This document shows, piece after piece, positions 1-12,956 of a stretch of DNA of 64,000 bases. Every line of letters begins with the position of its first letter. Position 1 is the first letter of the stretch. A program made the position numbers and the translations under genes. Under the pieces are notes generated by a model, which saw only the letters and a program-made list of their open reading frames with translations, ran no database searches and was not told the DNA's origin. The stretch comes from Vicinamibacterales bacterium (lineage in GTDB: Bacteria; Acidobacteriota; Vicinamibacteria; Vicinamibacterales; UBA8438): assembly GCA_965262985.1 (NCBI GenBank), contig OZ253576.1, positions 6,225,937 through 6,289,936 on the forward strand, given 5' to 3'.

Positions 1-2
1 GG

Positions 3-539
3 GGGTACGGCTCCGGTACGGGGGTGACTTCCGGGCGTGGGCACAAGGGGCAGAAGTCGCGGTCCGGCTTCCACCACAAGCGCGGATTCGAAGGCGGACA
101 GATGCCTCTGCATCGGCGGCTGCCGAAGCGCGGATTTTTCAATCCATTTCGCGTCGAGTACGCGGTCGTGAATCTCGACACGTTGTCCGAGCGATTCGAG
201 GCTGGCACCGAAGTGACCCCGGACATCCTGCGGGATCGAGGGATCGTGCGGTCGAACACCAAACTGGTCAAGGTGCTCGGACGCGGCGATATCGATACCG
301 CGTTGACCGTCAAAGCGCACAAGTTCAGCCGCATCGCAAGCGAGAAGATTGCGGCGGCTGGCGGACAAGCTGCGGTGATCTGCCGTAGCAGCGGTCACCC
401 TGCTGCAGATGACGACATTTCCGCCGCTCCGGATGCTGGCGAGCCGGTCGTGACCGACCGCGCGAACAGCGCATCCGGTGAAGCCGGAAGCGGCCCGGTG
501 TCCCATGACGGTGACGACGGTGCGGAGTCCGAGTCGTAA
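3..539 (+). CDS. rplO: 50S ribosomal protein L15, 5'-partial, with an acidic C-terminal extension
   Basis: The frame is open from the window edge ([22 protein letters not shown]...[17 protein letters not shown]), the L15 signature. It lies directly upstream of secY. Confidence 0.96.
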   Translation, partial: GYGSGTGVTSGRGHKGQKSRSGFHHKRGFEGGQMPLHRRLPKRGFFNPFRVEYAVVNLDTLSERFEAGTEVTPDILRDRGIVRSNTKLVKVLGRGDIDTALTVKAHKFSRIASEKIAAAGGQAAVICRSSGHPAADDDISAAPDAGEPVVTDRANSASGEAGSGPVSHDGDDGAESES

Positions 540-550
540 AGGGCGAACCG

Positions 551-1939
551 ATGCTTGACAGCCTGCGGAATATCTTCACAATCTCCGATCTCCGCACCCG
601 CGTGCTGTTCACGCTCGGGATTCTGGCGGTCTACCGGGTCGGTAGCGTAATCCCGACACCCGGGGTCAATACAGAGGCGTTGGCGATTCTGGCCGAGCAG
701 ATGGCCAGTACCATGTTCGGGTTTTACAACATGTTCTCCGGCGGCAACCTCGCGCAGGTGACGATTTTCGCGCTGGGCATCATGCCCTATATCAGCGCCT
801 CCATCATTTTGCAGTTGCTGACGGTCGTCTGGCCCTACCTGGAGCGGTTGTCGAAAGAAGGGGAACTCGGGCGGCGCAAGATCACGCAATACACGCGCTA
901 TGGCACGCTCTTGCTGTGCGCCGTGCAGGCATTCGCCATCGCGTTCTGGCTCGAGAGCCAGACCAACATCGCAGGGGGTCTGCCGCTGGTGTTCAACCCG
1001 GGCTGGGCGTTCCGCCTGATGGTGGTGCTCACATTGACCACGGGCACCTGTTTCATCATGTGGCTGGGGGAGCAGATCACCGAGCGGGGAATCGGCAACG
1101 GCATGTCGCTGATCATCTTCGCGGGCATCGTCGTGAATCTGCCGGCGGCGGTGTTCAACACCATCGACCAGCTACGCACTGGCCAGATGGGGCTGTTCCG
1201 CCTCCTGATTCTCACCATCGTGATGGTGCTGGTCATCGGCGCGGTCGTCTTCATGGAGCGGGGACAGCGGCGCGTCACGGTGCAATACGCCAAGCGGGTT
1301 GTGGGCCGTCGGATGTATGGGGGCTCGAGTACCCACATACCGCTCAAGGTGAACACCTCCGGCGTGATTCCAGTCATCTTTGCCTCATCGTTGCTCGCGT
1401 TTCCGGCGACGATCGCGTCCGCCCTGCCTGCTGGAGGGGTGGCGCAGACCGTCACGGAAGGGCTCGCCAACGGGATGCCGCTCTACTATCTCCTCTATAT
1501 GGGAGGTATCATTTTCTTTGCCTACTTCTATACGGCCATCATCTTCAATCCGGATGACGTGGCGGACAACATGCGGAAGTACGGCGGCTTCGTGCCGGGA
1601 ATCCGGCCGGGCAAACGAACGGCCGAGTATATCGATACGATTCTCACGCGGATCACGCTGGTCGGTGCGGTCTATCTGGCCGTCGTGGCGGTGCTGCCCG
1701 ATCTGATGATCGTCGGGTTCCGAGTGGACGCGATTCCGTTCATCGGCGACTCGCTCGACGCGGTGACGCCGCGCTGGATAACGGACGGTCTGGGGGTCAC
1801 GTTCTACTTCGGCGGCACCTCGTTGCTGATCATCGTGGGCGTTTCGATGGATACGGTCCAGCAAGTGGAGTCGCAGTTGATCATGCGGCACTATGACGGG
1901 TTCATGAGGAAGACGCGCATCCGGGGACGCCGGGGATAA
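551..1939 (+). CDS. secY: Preprotein translocase subunit SecY
   Basis: 462 aa multi-pass membrane protein with IFALGIMPYISASII, WLGEQITERGIGNG and GGTSLLIIVGV motifs. Confidence 0.98.
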   Translation: MLDSLRNIFTISDLRTRVLFTLGILAVYRVGSVIPTPGVNTEALAILAEQMASTMFGFYNMFSGGNLAQVTIFALGIMPYISASIILQLLTVVWPYLERLSKEGELGRRKITQYTRYGTLLLCAVQAFAIAFWLESQTNIAGGLPLVFNPGWAFRLMVVLTLTTGTCFIMWLGEQITERGIGNGMSLIIFAGIVVNLPAAVFNTIDQLRTGQMGLFRLLILTIVMVLVIGAVVFMERGQRRVTVQYAKRVVGRRMYGGSSTHIPLKVNTSGVIPVIFASSLLAFPATIASALPAGGVAQTVTEGLANGMPLYYLLYMGGIIFFAYFYTAIIFNPDDVADNMRKYGGFVPGIRPGKRTAEYIDTILTRITLVGAVYLAVVAVLPDLMIVGFRVDAIPFIGDSLDAVTPRWITDGLGVTFYFGGTSLLIIVGVSMDTVQQVESQLIMRHYDGFMRKTRIRGRRG

Positions 1940-1990
1940 TGGAGCCGTTGACCCGTTGTCCTGAGTGACGGCGGGCATGGGCTGAAGCAC

Positions 1991-2695
1991 ATGGAGAGCG
2001 GAGCGACACCAATCAATCTCGTCGTGCTCGGTCCACCGGGGGCGGGGAAGGGCACCCAGGCGCTCGAGTTTGCTCAGCGTCACGAGATTCCCGCGATCTC
2101 GACAGGGAATATCCTGCGTGATGCGGTGCGGTCCGGTAGCGAGTTGGGCCAGCGCGCGAAGACTGTGATGGACGCCGGAGGCTTGGTCGACGACCAGTTG
2201 ATGGTCGCAATTGTGCGTGACCGGCTGACGCAGCCAGATGTCCGCAAAGGGTTCGTGCTCGACGGCTTTCCACGGACCGTGGCGCAGGCCACGGCACTCG
2301 ACGAAATGATGGTTGGCCAGGCCCCATTGATCGTTGTGGATATCATGGTGCCGGCTGACGCGCTGGTTGCGCGGCTGGCTTGCCGGCGGGTGTGCGGGCA
2401 GTGCGGTAATGCGACGAGTGTCGACGTCGCGGGTGTCGAGGGCCGGTGTGATAAATGTGGCGGTGACCTCGTGCTCCGAAGTGACGATGCGGAATCGACC
2501 GTGCGCGCACGCCTGCGGGTATACGCCGAGGCGACCAGGCCGCTGGTCGACTACTACTCGAGCCGGCCGACGTTCCGCGCGGTTGATGGAAACATGCCGC
2601 CATCCGTCGTAGGGACGGCGCTGACCAGAGTGGTTGGCGACATGCTGGCGGCGTTGCCGACCGCCGGTTCCGTATCTGAAGGAACCGCCGGATGA
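1991..2695 (+). CDS. adk: Adenylate kinase with Zn-type LID
   Basis: GPPGAGKGTQ P-loop, LDGFPRT, and CGQC...CDKC in the LID. Confidence 0.97.
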   Translation: MESGATPINLVVLGPPGAGKGTQALEFAQRHEIPAISTGNILRDAVRSGSELGQRAKTVMDAGGLVDDQLMVAIVRDRLTQPDVRKGFVLDGFPRTVAQATALDEMMVGQAPLIVVDIMVPADALVARLACRRVCGQCGNATSVDVAGVEGRCDKCGGDLVLRSDDAESTVRARLRVYAEATRPLVDYYSSRPTFRAVDGNMPPSVVGTALTRVVGDMLAALPTAGSVSEGTAG

Positions 2696-3516
2696 TTGCG
2701 CGCAAGACCGCCAAGGAATTGGAACGGATGCACGCGGCCAACGCGCTCGTCGCGGCCGTCCTCGCGGAGTTGTGCAAACTTGTCGCGCCGGGGATCTCGA
2801 CCAAGACTTTGGACGCGGTGGCGGAGCGGCAGATCATCGAGGCAGGTGCGGTTCCGGCGTTCAAGGGATATCAGGGATACCCGGCGGCCCTGTGTGCGTC
2901 CGTGAACGACGCAGTGGTCCACGGAATACCCTCGACGACGCCTCTGGTCGACGGCGACATCGTCTCGCTCGACATGGGCGTCGTGCTCAATGGGTTCTAC
3001 GGCGATTCGGCCATCACGGTACCGGTCGGCCGGATTTCAGAGCGTACCGCGGAGCTTCTCCGGGTGACGCGCGAGTCGCTCGATTTCGGTATCGATCAGG
3101 TACGGGCCGGCGGTCACGTGTCGGATATCGGACATGCCGTGCAGCGGCATGTCGAAGCGAATGGGTTTGCCGTCGTGCGTGAGTTCGTGGGGCACGGCAT
3201 CGGAACAAAGCTGCACGAGGAGCCCCAGATTCCGAATTACGGCGAGCCCGGTCGCGGGCCCAGGCTCGATGTCGGCATGGTGCTCGCCATTGAGCCGATG
3301 GTGACCATGGGGCGACCCGCGGTTCAAGTGCTGAACGACCGCTGGACCGCAGTCACGCGAGACGGCAGCTTGGCGGCTCATTTCGAGCATACAGTGGCGG
3401 TCACCAAGGCGGGTCCGGAGGTGCTGACACGGATGGCGGGAACTGAGGCCGGCGCGGCAACCGGCGTGGCGGCGGATGCCCTGGTGAACGAATCGGCCGG
3501 TGGGCCACGTGGATAG
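2692..3516 (+). CDS. map: Methionine aminopeptidase type I
   Basis: SVNDAVVHGIP, GHGIG..LHEEP, AIEPM and HFEHTV motifs; ATGA overlap with adk. Confidence 0.97.
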   Translation: MIARKTAKELERMHAANALVAAVLAELCKLVAPGISTKTLDAVAERQIIEAGAVPAFKGYQGYPAALCASVNDAVVHGIPSTTPLVDGDIVSLDMGVVLNGFYGDSAITVPVGRISERTAELLRVTRESLDFGIDQVRAGGHVSDIGHAVQRHVEANGFAVVREFVGHGIGTKLHEEPQIPNYGEPGRGPRLDVGMVLAIEPMVTMGRPAVQVLNDRWTAVTRDGSLAAHFEHTVAVTKAGPEVLTRMAGTEAGAATGVAADALVNESAGGPRG

Positions 3517-3555
3517 CCGGACGATCGGGTCAATTCACCGGCGCGGGAGTACGCA

Positions 3556-3669
3556 ATGAAAGTGCGAACATCTGTCAAACGGATGTGTGACAAGTGCAAG
3601 GTCGTACGGCGATCAGGGGTGGTACGAATCATCTGCCCCAATCCCAAGCACAAGCAACGGCAAGGCTGA
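3556..3669 (+). CDS. rpmJ: 50S ribosomal protein L36 (not in the supplied ORF track)
   Basis: Translated by hand: [37 protein letters not shown], with GGGAG upstream. Confidence 0.97.
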   Translation: MKVRTSVKRMCDKCKVVRRSGVVRIICPNPKHKQRQG

Positions 3670-3678
3670 GGCGGAACT

Positions 3679-4053
3679 ATGGCTCGAATCGCAGGTGTCG
3701 ACCTTCCCCGAACAAAACGGATCGAAACCGGGCTGACCTATATCTATGGCATCGGTGACCATCGCGCCGGGGTGATCCTCCAGGAGGCCGGTGTCGATCC
3801 GAACGTGCGCATCAAGGATCTCTCCGAGGATGATGTGCGCAAGATCGCCAGGGTCATCGAGGATCAGGGGCGCGTTGAGGGTGATCTCCGGAAGGAGGTC
3901 ACGATGAACATCAAGCGGTTGATGGAGATCGGCTGCTTCCGTGGGATGCGGCACCGCCGCAATCTTCCGGTTCGAGGACAGCGCACACACACGAACGCCC
4001 GTACGCGGAAGGGTCCGCGCAAAGGCACGGTGGCGAAGAAGAAGACCAGTTGA
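3679..4053 (+). CDS. rpsM: 30S ribosomal protein S13
   Basis: [10 protein letters not shown]...[14 protein letters not shown]. Confidence 0.98.
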   Translation: MARIAGVDLPRTKRIETGLTYIYGIGDHRAGVILQEAGVDPNVRIKDLSEDDVRKIARVIEDQGRVEGDLRKEVTMNIKRLMEIGCFRGMRHRRNLPVRGQRTHTNARTRKGPRKGTVAKKKTS

Positions 4054-4104
4054 CGGGGCTGGTGCGCTCAGGCGCGGGCACGGTCGAGAAAGGACTGTTG
4101 GTGG

Positions 4105-4551
4105 ATGGCAAAGCTGGAAACGATTGACGCGTCGGTGCCCGCACCGAGTAAGCGGCCGGCCAAGCGGAAGAAGACGTTCAAGAAGAAGCGGGAGAAGCGC
4201 GTCGTTCACCATGGCATCGTGCACATCCAGGCGTCATTCAACAACACGATCGTCACGATTGCCGATACCGAAGGTAACGTGGTGGCGTGGTCGAGCGCCG
4301 GAGCCATCGGTTTCCGCGGTTCCCGCAAGGGGACGCCGTTCGCGGCGACGCAGGCCGCGGTCCGCGCAGGGCATGGTGCCAAGGCCGTTGGGATGCGCAC
4401 GGTGGATGTCCGCGTGAAGGGCCCAGGTGGCGGCCGCGAGTCGGCCATCCGCGCTCTCCAGGCGTCGGTCGGCCTCACCGTGAAGTCGATTCGTGATGTG
4501 ACGCCCATTCCGCACAACGGTTGCCGTCCGCCGAAACGACGTCGAGTTTAG
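4105..4551 (+). CDS. rpsK: 30S ribosomal protein S11
   Basis: [12 protein letters not shown]...[18 protein letters not shown]. Confidence 0.98.
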   Translation: MAKLETIDASVPAPSKRPAKRKKTFKKKREKRVVHHGIVHIQASFNNTIVTIADTEGNVVAWSSAGAIGFRGSRKGTPFAATQAAVRAGHGAKAVGMRTVDVRVKGPGGGRESAIRALQASVGLTVKSIRDVTPIPHNGCRPPKRRRV

Positions 4552-4574
4552 GACCGACGAGGAGAACAATCAGC

Positions 4575-5207
4575 ATGGCACGATACGCAGGACCGGTGTG
4601 CCGGCTTTGCCGGCGGGAGGGCATGAAGCTGTTCCTCAAGGGCGAACGCTGCTACGCGGAGAAGTGCGCCATCGAGAAGCGCAATGTCCCTCCCGGTCAA
4701 CAGGGTCGTCGGCGCCGGCCCAACAAGGTCGTAGGCTACGGATCGCAGCTTCGCGAAAAGCAAAAGGTCAAGCGAACGTACGGCGTGCTCGAAAGCCAGT
4801 TCCGCCGGTATTTCGCAGCGGCCGAGCGCCAGCGTGGCATCACGGGCGAGACTCTGCTGCAGTTGTTGGAGCGTCGGCTCGACAATGTGGTCTATCGCCT
4901 CGGGTTGGCGACCTCCAGGCCGCAGGCGCGGCAGATCGTGCGCCATGGGCACCTGCGCGTCAACGGCCATCGCGCTGATATTCCGTCCTATTCGCTCAAG
5001 GCGGGAGACGCCATTACCGTGCGAGAACGCAGCGCCAGGAAGGCATCGATTCTCTACGCGATGGAAGAGGTTAAAGGCCGGGGTATTCCCGACTGGCTGG
5101 AGTTCGATGCCAGCACGTTGACGGGCCGGGTAGCCTCGCTGCCGACCCGCGATCAGATCAACCTGCCGGTGCAGGAGCAACTGATCGTCGAGCTGTATTC
5201 GAAATAA
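4575..5207 (+). CDS. rpsD: 30S ribosomal protein S4 (Zn-binding form)
   Basis: Start moved to the ATG at 4575 ([16 protein letters not shown]); [12 protein letters not shown] motif. Confidence 0.97.
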   Translation: MARYAGPVCRLCRREGMKLFLKGERCYAEKCAIEKRNVPPGQQGRRRRPNKVVGYGSQLREKQKVKRTYGVLESQFRRYFAAAERQRGITGETLLQLLERRLDNVVYRLGLATSRPQARQIVRHGHLRVNGHRADIPSYSLKAGDAITVRERSARKASILYAMEEVKGRGIPDWLEFDASTLTGRVASLPTRDQINLPVQEQLIVELYSK

Positions 5208-5287
5208 GTGTCGACGGGGACGTGCGGTATGTACGCCGTTCTGGATGACAGACCAGACTGGTTCCGGATACAGAAAGGACTGATTCG

Positions 5288-6274
5288 ATGTTGTGGAAAG
5301 GTTTCCAGCGTCCGAAGCGTCTGGAGTTTGACGCCGAGACGCTGACTGATCGATTTGGCCGGTTCTATGCCCAGCCGTTCGAGCGCGGTTTTGGGACGAC
5401 AATCGGGAACGCGTTGCGGCGCGTCCTGCTGTCGGCCATAGAAGGGGCAGCAGTCACAAGCGTGAAGATCGACCACGTGCTTCACGAGTTCTCGCCAATT
5501 CCTGGTGTCGTGGAGGACGCGACCGACATCATCCTGAATCTGAAGCGGATTCCGTTCAAGCTTCACTCCGATCAGACCAAGACCCTGTACTTGCGGGCCG
5601 ACAAGGCGGGTGAGGTCAAGGCGGGCGACCTCGATGCCGACGGCGACGTCGAGATCCTCGAGCCCGGTCTGCACATCGCGACGGTGGCCGAGGGCGGCTC
5701 CCTGCACATGGAGGCACGGGTGAAGCAGGGTCGCGGCTATGTGGTGGCCGACAAGAACTTCGACGAAGACCTCGGAATTGGCTGGATACCGGTCGATTCA
5801 GTGCATTCGCCGGTCAGGAAGGTCAATTATCTGGTCGAGGCGGCCCGACTCGGACAGACGACCGACTACGACAAGCTCACCGTGGATGTCTGGACCGACG
5901 GGTCTGTGACTGCCCGTGACGCGGTGTCGCTGGGCGCAAAGCTTGTGCGTGACCACCTGAGTATCTTCATCAACCTCGAGGACACGGAGGACACGTCTAC
6001 TGAGCTGGACACCGAGTTGCTGCATTCTGAAGCGAATGAGCACCTTGACAAGAGCGTCGAAGAGCTTGAGCTCTCGGTACGGTCGTACAACTGCCTGAAG
6101 AACGCTGACATCCGTACGATTCGCGAATTGGTCCAGAAAACCGAACCAGAGATGCTGCGCACGAAGAATTTCGGTCGCAAGTCGCTCAACGAGATCAAGA
6201 AGATTCTGCAGAGCATGGGACTCGGTCTCGGGATGCGGATCGATCAACCGGCCGCCGCTGACGCTGAGGCGTAG
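5288..6274 (+). CDS. rpoA: RNA polymerase alpha subunit
   Basis: [20 protein letters not shown]; alpha-[15 protein letters not shown]...[11 protein letters not shown]. Confidence 0.98.
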   Translation: MLWKGFQRPKRLEFDAETLTDRFGRFYAQPFERGFGTTIGNALRRVLLSAIEGAAVTSVKIDHVLHEFSPIPGVVEDATDIILNLKRIPFKLHSDQTKTLYLRADKAGEVKAGDLDADGDVEILEPGLHIATVAEGGSLHMEARVKQGRGYVVADKNFDEDLGIGWIPVDSVHSPVRKVNYLVEAARLGQTTDYDKLTVDVWTDGSVTARDAVSLGAKLVRDHLSIFINLEDTEDTSTELDTELLHSEANEHLDKSVEELELSVRSYNCLKNADIRTIRELVQKTEPEMLRTKNFGRKSLNEIKKILQSMGLGLGMRIDQPAAADAEA

Positions 6275-6322
6275 CGGGAAACAAGGCGTCTCCGCGACCG
6301 GGGACCAGAGGATTGCGAAGCT

Positions 6323-6838
6323 ATGCGTCATCGAATCGCGCACCGAAAACTCGGTCGGCTGACCGAACATCGGCTTGCTACGCTTCGGAACCAGGCACAG
6401 ATGTTACTGCGTCACGAGCGGATCGACACGACCCTGGCGAAAGCGAAAGAGTTGCGGCCTTTCGTTGAGAGACTGATCACAGTGGCCAAGCGTGGGCTCG
6501 CGGATGGCGCCGATACGACTCGCGCGCTGCATGCGCGCCGGCTTGTGGCCCGTGATCTGGCTGACAAGAAGGTGGCCAGCAAGCTGTTCGATACGATTGC
6601 GCCCAGGTTCGCGGAGAGACCGGGCGGTTATACCCGGGTGCTACATCTCGGACGGCGAAAGAGCGACAGCGCTGAAATCGCCCAAATCGAGTTTGTGGGT
6701 AGCGAATTTGATCCCAGCACCGACAAATCAGGAAATGTAGTCGAGCAAGAGACCGCCACGCAGAAGGGGGTCGGGGGGCGGTTGCGCGCGGTGGCCAAAC
6801 GGATCGGCAGTCAGACCGACCGAGAGGAAGCGAAGTAG
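6323..6838 (+). CDS. rplQ: 50S ribosomal protein L17
   Basis: MRHRIAHRKLGR...FAERPGGYTRV. Confidence 0.97.
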   Translation: MRHRIAHRKLGRLTEHRLATLRNQAQMLLRHERIDTTLAKAKELRPFVERLITVAKRGLADGADTTRALHARRLVARDLADKKVASKLFDTIAPRFAERPGGYTRVLHLGRRKSDSAEIAQIEFVGSEFDPSTDKSGNVVEQETATQKGVGGRLRAVAKRIGSQTDREEAK

Positions 6839-6858
6839 AACACGACTGAGAAACTGCC

Positions 6859-8952
6859 CTAGTTTCCGTCTTCCTCGTCGCCCTGTCCGGCTTCAGCCTT
6901 CGCCGCGGAAATCACCTTGTCCCGTATGTGTGCCGGGACCTCGTCATAGTGCGAAAACTCCATGTGGTAGGATCCGCGTCCGCCAGTGGATGATGTGAGT
7001 TGCTGTTCGTAGGTCAGCATCTCGGACATCGGCACCCGCGCCTTGATTGACGTTGACGCACCGCGTGTTTCCATCCCCACGATTCGCCCTCGTCGTCCAT
7101 TTAGGTCGCCCATCAGATCGCCGGCGAAATCACTTGGCGCGTACACTTCCACGTTCATGACCGGCTCGAGCAACGTCGGTTTGGCCCGTGACATTGCATC
7201 GCGAAAGGCCAGTCGGCCAGCCATCTTGAACGACATTTCATTCGAGTCGACCGGGTGGAATGAACCATCGTAGAGTGTGACCGAGAAATCCACCATCGGG
7301 TACCCCGCAAGATAGCCGCGGGTGCGCGCTTCCTGTATGCCCTTCTCGACGGCTGGGATGAATCCTCGCGGAATCGAGCCACCGAAGATCTCGTTAATGA
7401 ATTGGAAATCCTCTCCCCGGCTCAACGGTGCTACCTTGATCTTGCAGTCGCCGAACTGGCCATGGCCGCCGGTTTGTTTCTTGTGCCGCCCGTGCGCCTC
7501 CGTGGCCGCCTTGATCGTCTCGCGATACGGAATTCGGGGCAGTTTGAGGTCCGCCGTCACGCCGAACCGGCGTTTCAGCTTGGCGACCGTGACCTCGATG
7601 TGGAGCTGACCTTGTCCAGACAGCAGCAGTTGTGACGTTTGCGGATCCCGGGTATAGCGGATTGTGGGATCTTCTTCCTGCAGGCGCTGCAACGCGGTGC
7701 TGATTTTTTCTTCGTCGCCGCGGCTCCGCAATTCAATTGCATACGAGAGCACCGGTTCCGTGAACTCGAAAGGCGCGAATTGCCATGGCGTGCCCCTTGC
7801 GGCCAGCGTGTTGCCGGTTCGAGTGTCTTTCAACTTGGCCACCGTACCGAGATCGCCCCCCTTGATTTCTGCCACGCTCTCCTGCTTCTTGCCTTGCATC
7901 AACGCCACGCTGCCAACACGCTCGGAGACATCCACGCTCACATTGTGAATCGTCGAGTCGGACTTTAGCGATCCGCAGGCGACCCGGAACAGCGTGATCC
8001 GGCCCGCGAACGGGTCAGCCACCGTCTTCCAGACCAGCGCCGCCGTTCCAGCTTCCTCCGGGTCGTACGAACTTGTTTCCCCGTCGCTGGTCACGACCGG
8101 AAGAACGCGCCCAGCCGGCGATTGCACGTAGGTCAGGATGGTGTCGAGTAGCGGCTGGATACCGACATTGGCGGTGGCTGACGTGCAGACCAGCGGAAAC
8201 ACGTGACGATCCGCCGCCGCAGTCTTGAGTCCGGCTTCGAGCTGTGCCTGGGTCAACGTTCCCGCTTCGAAGAATTGCTCCATGAGGTTGTCGTCGGCTT
8301 CGGCGACGAGTTCAATGAGCGCCTCCCGTGCGGCGTCTGCCTCGTCTGCCAAATCGGTCGGGACATCCCCGACGGTAGGCGTGCGACCTTCGTCTCTGAA
8401 CGTGATCGCCTTCATGGCGACGAGGTCGACGACGCCGTGGAAATCCTTCTCCTCCCCCATTGGAAGCTGGATCGGTACGACCGCGCGACCGAACGCTGCG
8501 TGCAATGATTCCAAAGACCGCCTCAGGCTGGCACGTTCGCGGTCGATCCGATTGAGTACCACCACGCAGGGCAGGTCGAGTTCGGCTGCGGCGGCCCACA
8601 CCTTTTCGGTGAGCACTTCCGCGCCGGCTACTGCGTCCACTACCACCAGGGCGGCGTCCGCGACACGAAGCGCCGACTTCGCGTCGCTGAAAAAGTTCGC
8701 CATTCCTGGCGTGTCGATGAGGTTGATCTTCGTCCTTTTCCACTCAGTGAAGGCGGTGGTGGCCGACAGCGTGTGCTTGCGCGCGATTTCTTCTTCGTCG
8801 AAATCGGTCACAGTCGTGCCGTCATCCACCAGTCCGAGTCGATTGACTGCATCGGTGTCGAACAACAGCGTCGATGTCAACTGAGTCTTGCCTGAGCCAC
8901 TGTGACCCACAAGCGCCACGTTACGGATATGTTCTGCGTCGTACACTTTCAT
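6859..8952 (-). CDS. fusA2: Elongation factor G-like protein (EF-G2 paralogue)
   Basis: 697 aa with GHSGSGKT, DTPG, NRID, KKQTGGHGQFG and LLEP..VEV motifs; stands alone, outside the str operon. Confidence 0.9.
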   Translation of the reverse strand: MKVYDAEHIRNVALVGHSGSGKTQLTSTLLFDTDAVNRLGLVDDGTTVTDFDEEEIARKHTLSATTAFTEWKRTKINLIDTPGMANFFSDAKSALRVADAALVVVDAVAGAEVLTEKVWAAAAELDLPCVVVLNRIDRERASLRRSLESLHAAFGRAVVPIQLPMGEEKDFHGVVDLVAMKAITFRDEGRTPTVGDVPTDLADEADAAREALIELVAEADDNLMEQFFEAGTLTQAQLEAGLKTAAADRHVFPLVCTSATANVGIQPLLDTILTYVQSPAGRVLPVVTSDGETSSYDPEEAGTAALVWKTVADPFAGRITLFRVACGSLKSDSTIHNVSVDVSERVGSVALMQGKKQESVAEIKGGDLGTVAKLKDTRTGNTLAARGTPWQFAPFEFTEPVLSYAIELRSRGDEEKISTALQRLQEEDPTIRYTRDPQTSQLLLSGQGQLHIEVTVAKLKRRFGVTADLKLPRIPYRETIKAATEAHGRHKKQTGGHGQFGDCKIKVAPLSRGEDFQFINEIFGGSIPRGFIPAVEKGIQEARTRGYLAGYPMVDFSVTLYDGSFHPVDSNEMSFKMAGRLAFRDAMSRAKPTLLEPVMNVEVYAPSDFAGDLMGDLNGRRGRIVGMETRGASTSIKARVPMSEMLTYEQQLTSSTGGRGSYHMEFSHYDEVPAHIRDKVISAAKAEAGQGDEEDGN

Positions 8953-9002
8953 AGGTCGACTGTCCTCCGCTGAATCAGCAACGCCCTCCGAGCGAAACCC
9001 CG

Positions 9003-9031
9003 ATCGTATGCGACTCCGTGGCGTCGCTCAA
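9003..9031 (-). promoter_or_regulatory. Candidate sigma70 promoter for the EF-G paralogue
   Basis: Minus strand TTGAGC-N17-TACGAT about 50 nt upstream of the start, followed by GGAGG. Confidence 0.5.
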
Positions 9032-9095
9032 GATCCTTCCAAATATGCGGGTACGAGCTCACGCCCGATGAGGCGAAGGGCGTCAGGCCGCGTTG

Positions 9096-10398
9096 CTACT
9101 CGTAACGGAGCGCTTCGATCGGATCGAGGCTGGAGGCCTTGATCGCGGGGAACAAACCGAACAGGACGCCTACGCTTGCCGAAAACCCCAGACCAAGTGC
9201 GAATGACCACCAGGGCAGCGAGACAGGGAACCCCGTGGCGTAGTGCACGCCGATGCCGATACCGGCGCCCAGGCAGATACCCAGGATCCCACCCACGGCC
9301 GTGAGGAATCCGGCCTCGATCAGGAACTGCCAGAGGATCTCCCTCTTTTTCGCGCCGATCGCGCGGCGGGTGCCGATCTCGCGGGTTCGCTCGGTGACCG
9401 AAATCGTCATGATTGCCATGACGCCGATGCCGCCGACCAGGAGCGCGATAGACGACACAACGATCAATGAGAGGAAGGTGGCACCGCTGATCTGATCCCA
9501 CAGCGCGAGGATGGCATCCTGCGTCATGAGTTCAAAATCGTTCGGTTCGTCAAGACGAAGCCGGTGCCTGATGCGCATCACTCTTTCGATGTCGGCGATG
9601 GCGTCTTCGCGGTCGGCCTCCTCGCGGGGGACCGCGGCGATCATCACCGCTCGCATCTCCTCGCCGAACATTCGTTGAGCTCGGATCCCGAACTGTTTCT
9701 GATAGGTCGTGTGGGGAATCACGACAAATCGTCCTGCCCCATGTTGAACCCACCAGGACTTGGCGTTTCGCCGAGAACACCAATGACGGTATAACGCGCG
9801 TTCCCGACGCGTACGCGTTTGCCGATCGGGTCGAGATTCGGGAACAGAGCCTGTGCCGGGCCATGGCCCAACACGACGACCGACACGCGTCGCTGCGTTT
9901 CGCCGGAGGTGAAGAACCGACCCTCGACCACTTCGTTGTTGAACACCTCTGCGTAATTCGCGGTTGACCCGAAGACGTTGAGCAGCTTCGATTGTTCGGA
10001 CTGGTAAGTGACCCGTTCCCTGGTCGGGCTCCCGCCCTGGCCCAGGACGATGTTGACGGAGTCGAGCGACTCGGTCTGATCGGCCAGCGCCTCCGCATCT
10101 CCCGGGGTCAGGTTGGGTCGTCGCAGCAGCTCGGTCAGCTCACGCCCCGACCCCATGCTGACGGCTGAGAATTTGGTAATGAAGATCGTGTCCGGTCCCA
10201 TGGCGCGGATGCTGTCCCGTAGTGACTGGTCCAGCCCCCGGATGAGAGACGTGCTTCCGACGATCGACATGATCCCGATGACGATGCCCAGGATGGTGAG
10301 CGCCGATCGCACCTTTTGCTGGCGCAGGGTCTCGACTGCCATCGAGACGATCTCGCCGAACAGTCCGCCGTGGAGATTGTTCGCCATCAGGGTCCGTA

Positions 10399-10402
<4 letters not shown>
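9096..10402 (-). pseudogene. MacB/FtsX-family ABC permease split by a 1-bp frameshift (ORFs 9719-10402 and 9096-9722)
   Basis: The N-half ends ...GGFNMGQDDLS* and the C-half starts (V)IPHTTYQ...VTERTREIG. One extra T in GATTTGTCGTG (plus-strand AAA at 9726-9728) gives a continuous DDFVVIPHTT. Confidence 0.8.
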
Positions 10403-11646
<1,244 letters not shown>

Positions 11647-12956
11647 CGTCTTCCAGATTTCGGACTTCGCTGAAGGGGCCGGTAATGATGAGATCGCCTT
11701 CGGTCACTCCGCTCAGCGCCTCGAAATATCGCTCGCCGGCGATGCCTGTCACCACCGGGATGAACGCCGCCTGACCTTGACGCGCGACAAAGACTCCTTC
11801 GAGCTCTGTTCCCATGTCATCCTCGGGCCGATCGACCGACGGCCCGGCCGCAGAGACGCCCGGGGTCATGCCGCCGCGTCTGGCGTCCGGCTCCTGACGA
11901 ATCACATTGCCCAAGGCGTCGAACATGACCTCTCGCACCGTGGCGGCCTGGATCGGAATCGCGAGTGAGTCCATTCGGAGGGCCGTCGTGATATCGGCGG
12001 TGCAGGTGAACCCCGGCCGCACGCCAGGGATCTCGTCATCCAACGTCACGACGACCTTGAACGTGGTGGCCTGGGTACCGCTGCCGCCGGCGTTAGTTGG
12101 CTGGATCGGGCTGTTCCCGATTTCGGTGACGATTCCGGTAAACACATAATCGGGCAGTGCATCGATCGTGACGTCCGCTATCTGGCCAAGTTTGACGTTG
12201 GGTATATCAGTTTCGTCGACCTCGACCTCGGCCTCAATCACCGAGAGATCGGCGATGGTGGCCAGCACTGTCCCCTGGTTGTTCATCGTGCCGACCACAA
12301 CGGTCTCGCCTTCCTCAATGTTGCGCCGGGTGACGACACCGGAAATGGGCGACGTGATGGTCACCTTGGTCAGCTCGTAACGCGCGCTGTCGAGGTTTGC
12401 GTCTTCCTGGCTGATCCGTTCGGCCTGGGTGTTTACGTCCACGCGACGTGCCGCCAGTTCGGTCTCGCGCAGTGCGACCTCACTGACGGCGGCCTCGTAG
12501 GATTGCCGGGACACCAGGCGTAGGTCCCACAGATTTTCCTGTCGTTCGAGGTTGTCTCGCGAAACCTGCAGGTTGACTTCCGCCGATTCAACGAGCACCT
12601 CGAATTGCCGCAATGTCGAGCGCGACGCGCGCAACGCCGCTTCACCGCGGTCTACGGCGGCCCGCAGTGTTTCCGGGTCGATCTCGAGCAGGAACTGACC
12701 GCTGTCCACCTGGTCGCCCTCGTTGAACGCCAGCCGGGTGATCTGGCCCATGGTGTTGGCACTGATGTCCACGGTCAGTTGCGGCACGATGGTGCCCGAG
12801 GCGGACACGATCGCTTCCAGGCTGCGCCGCTGCACCGCCTCGACCTCCACTTCAGGACCGCTCGCGCGTTCGAATGTCAGGTTGAAATACACCAGCGCGC
12901 CACCGATGACAACGATCGAACCGATAAGGATTACCTTGCGAAGATCGGTCAAACAA

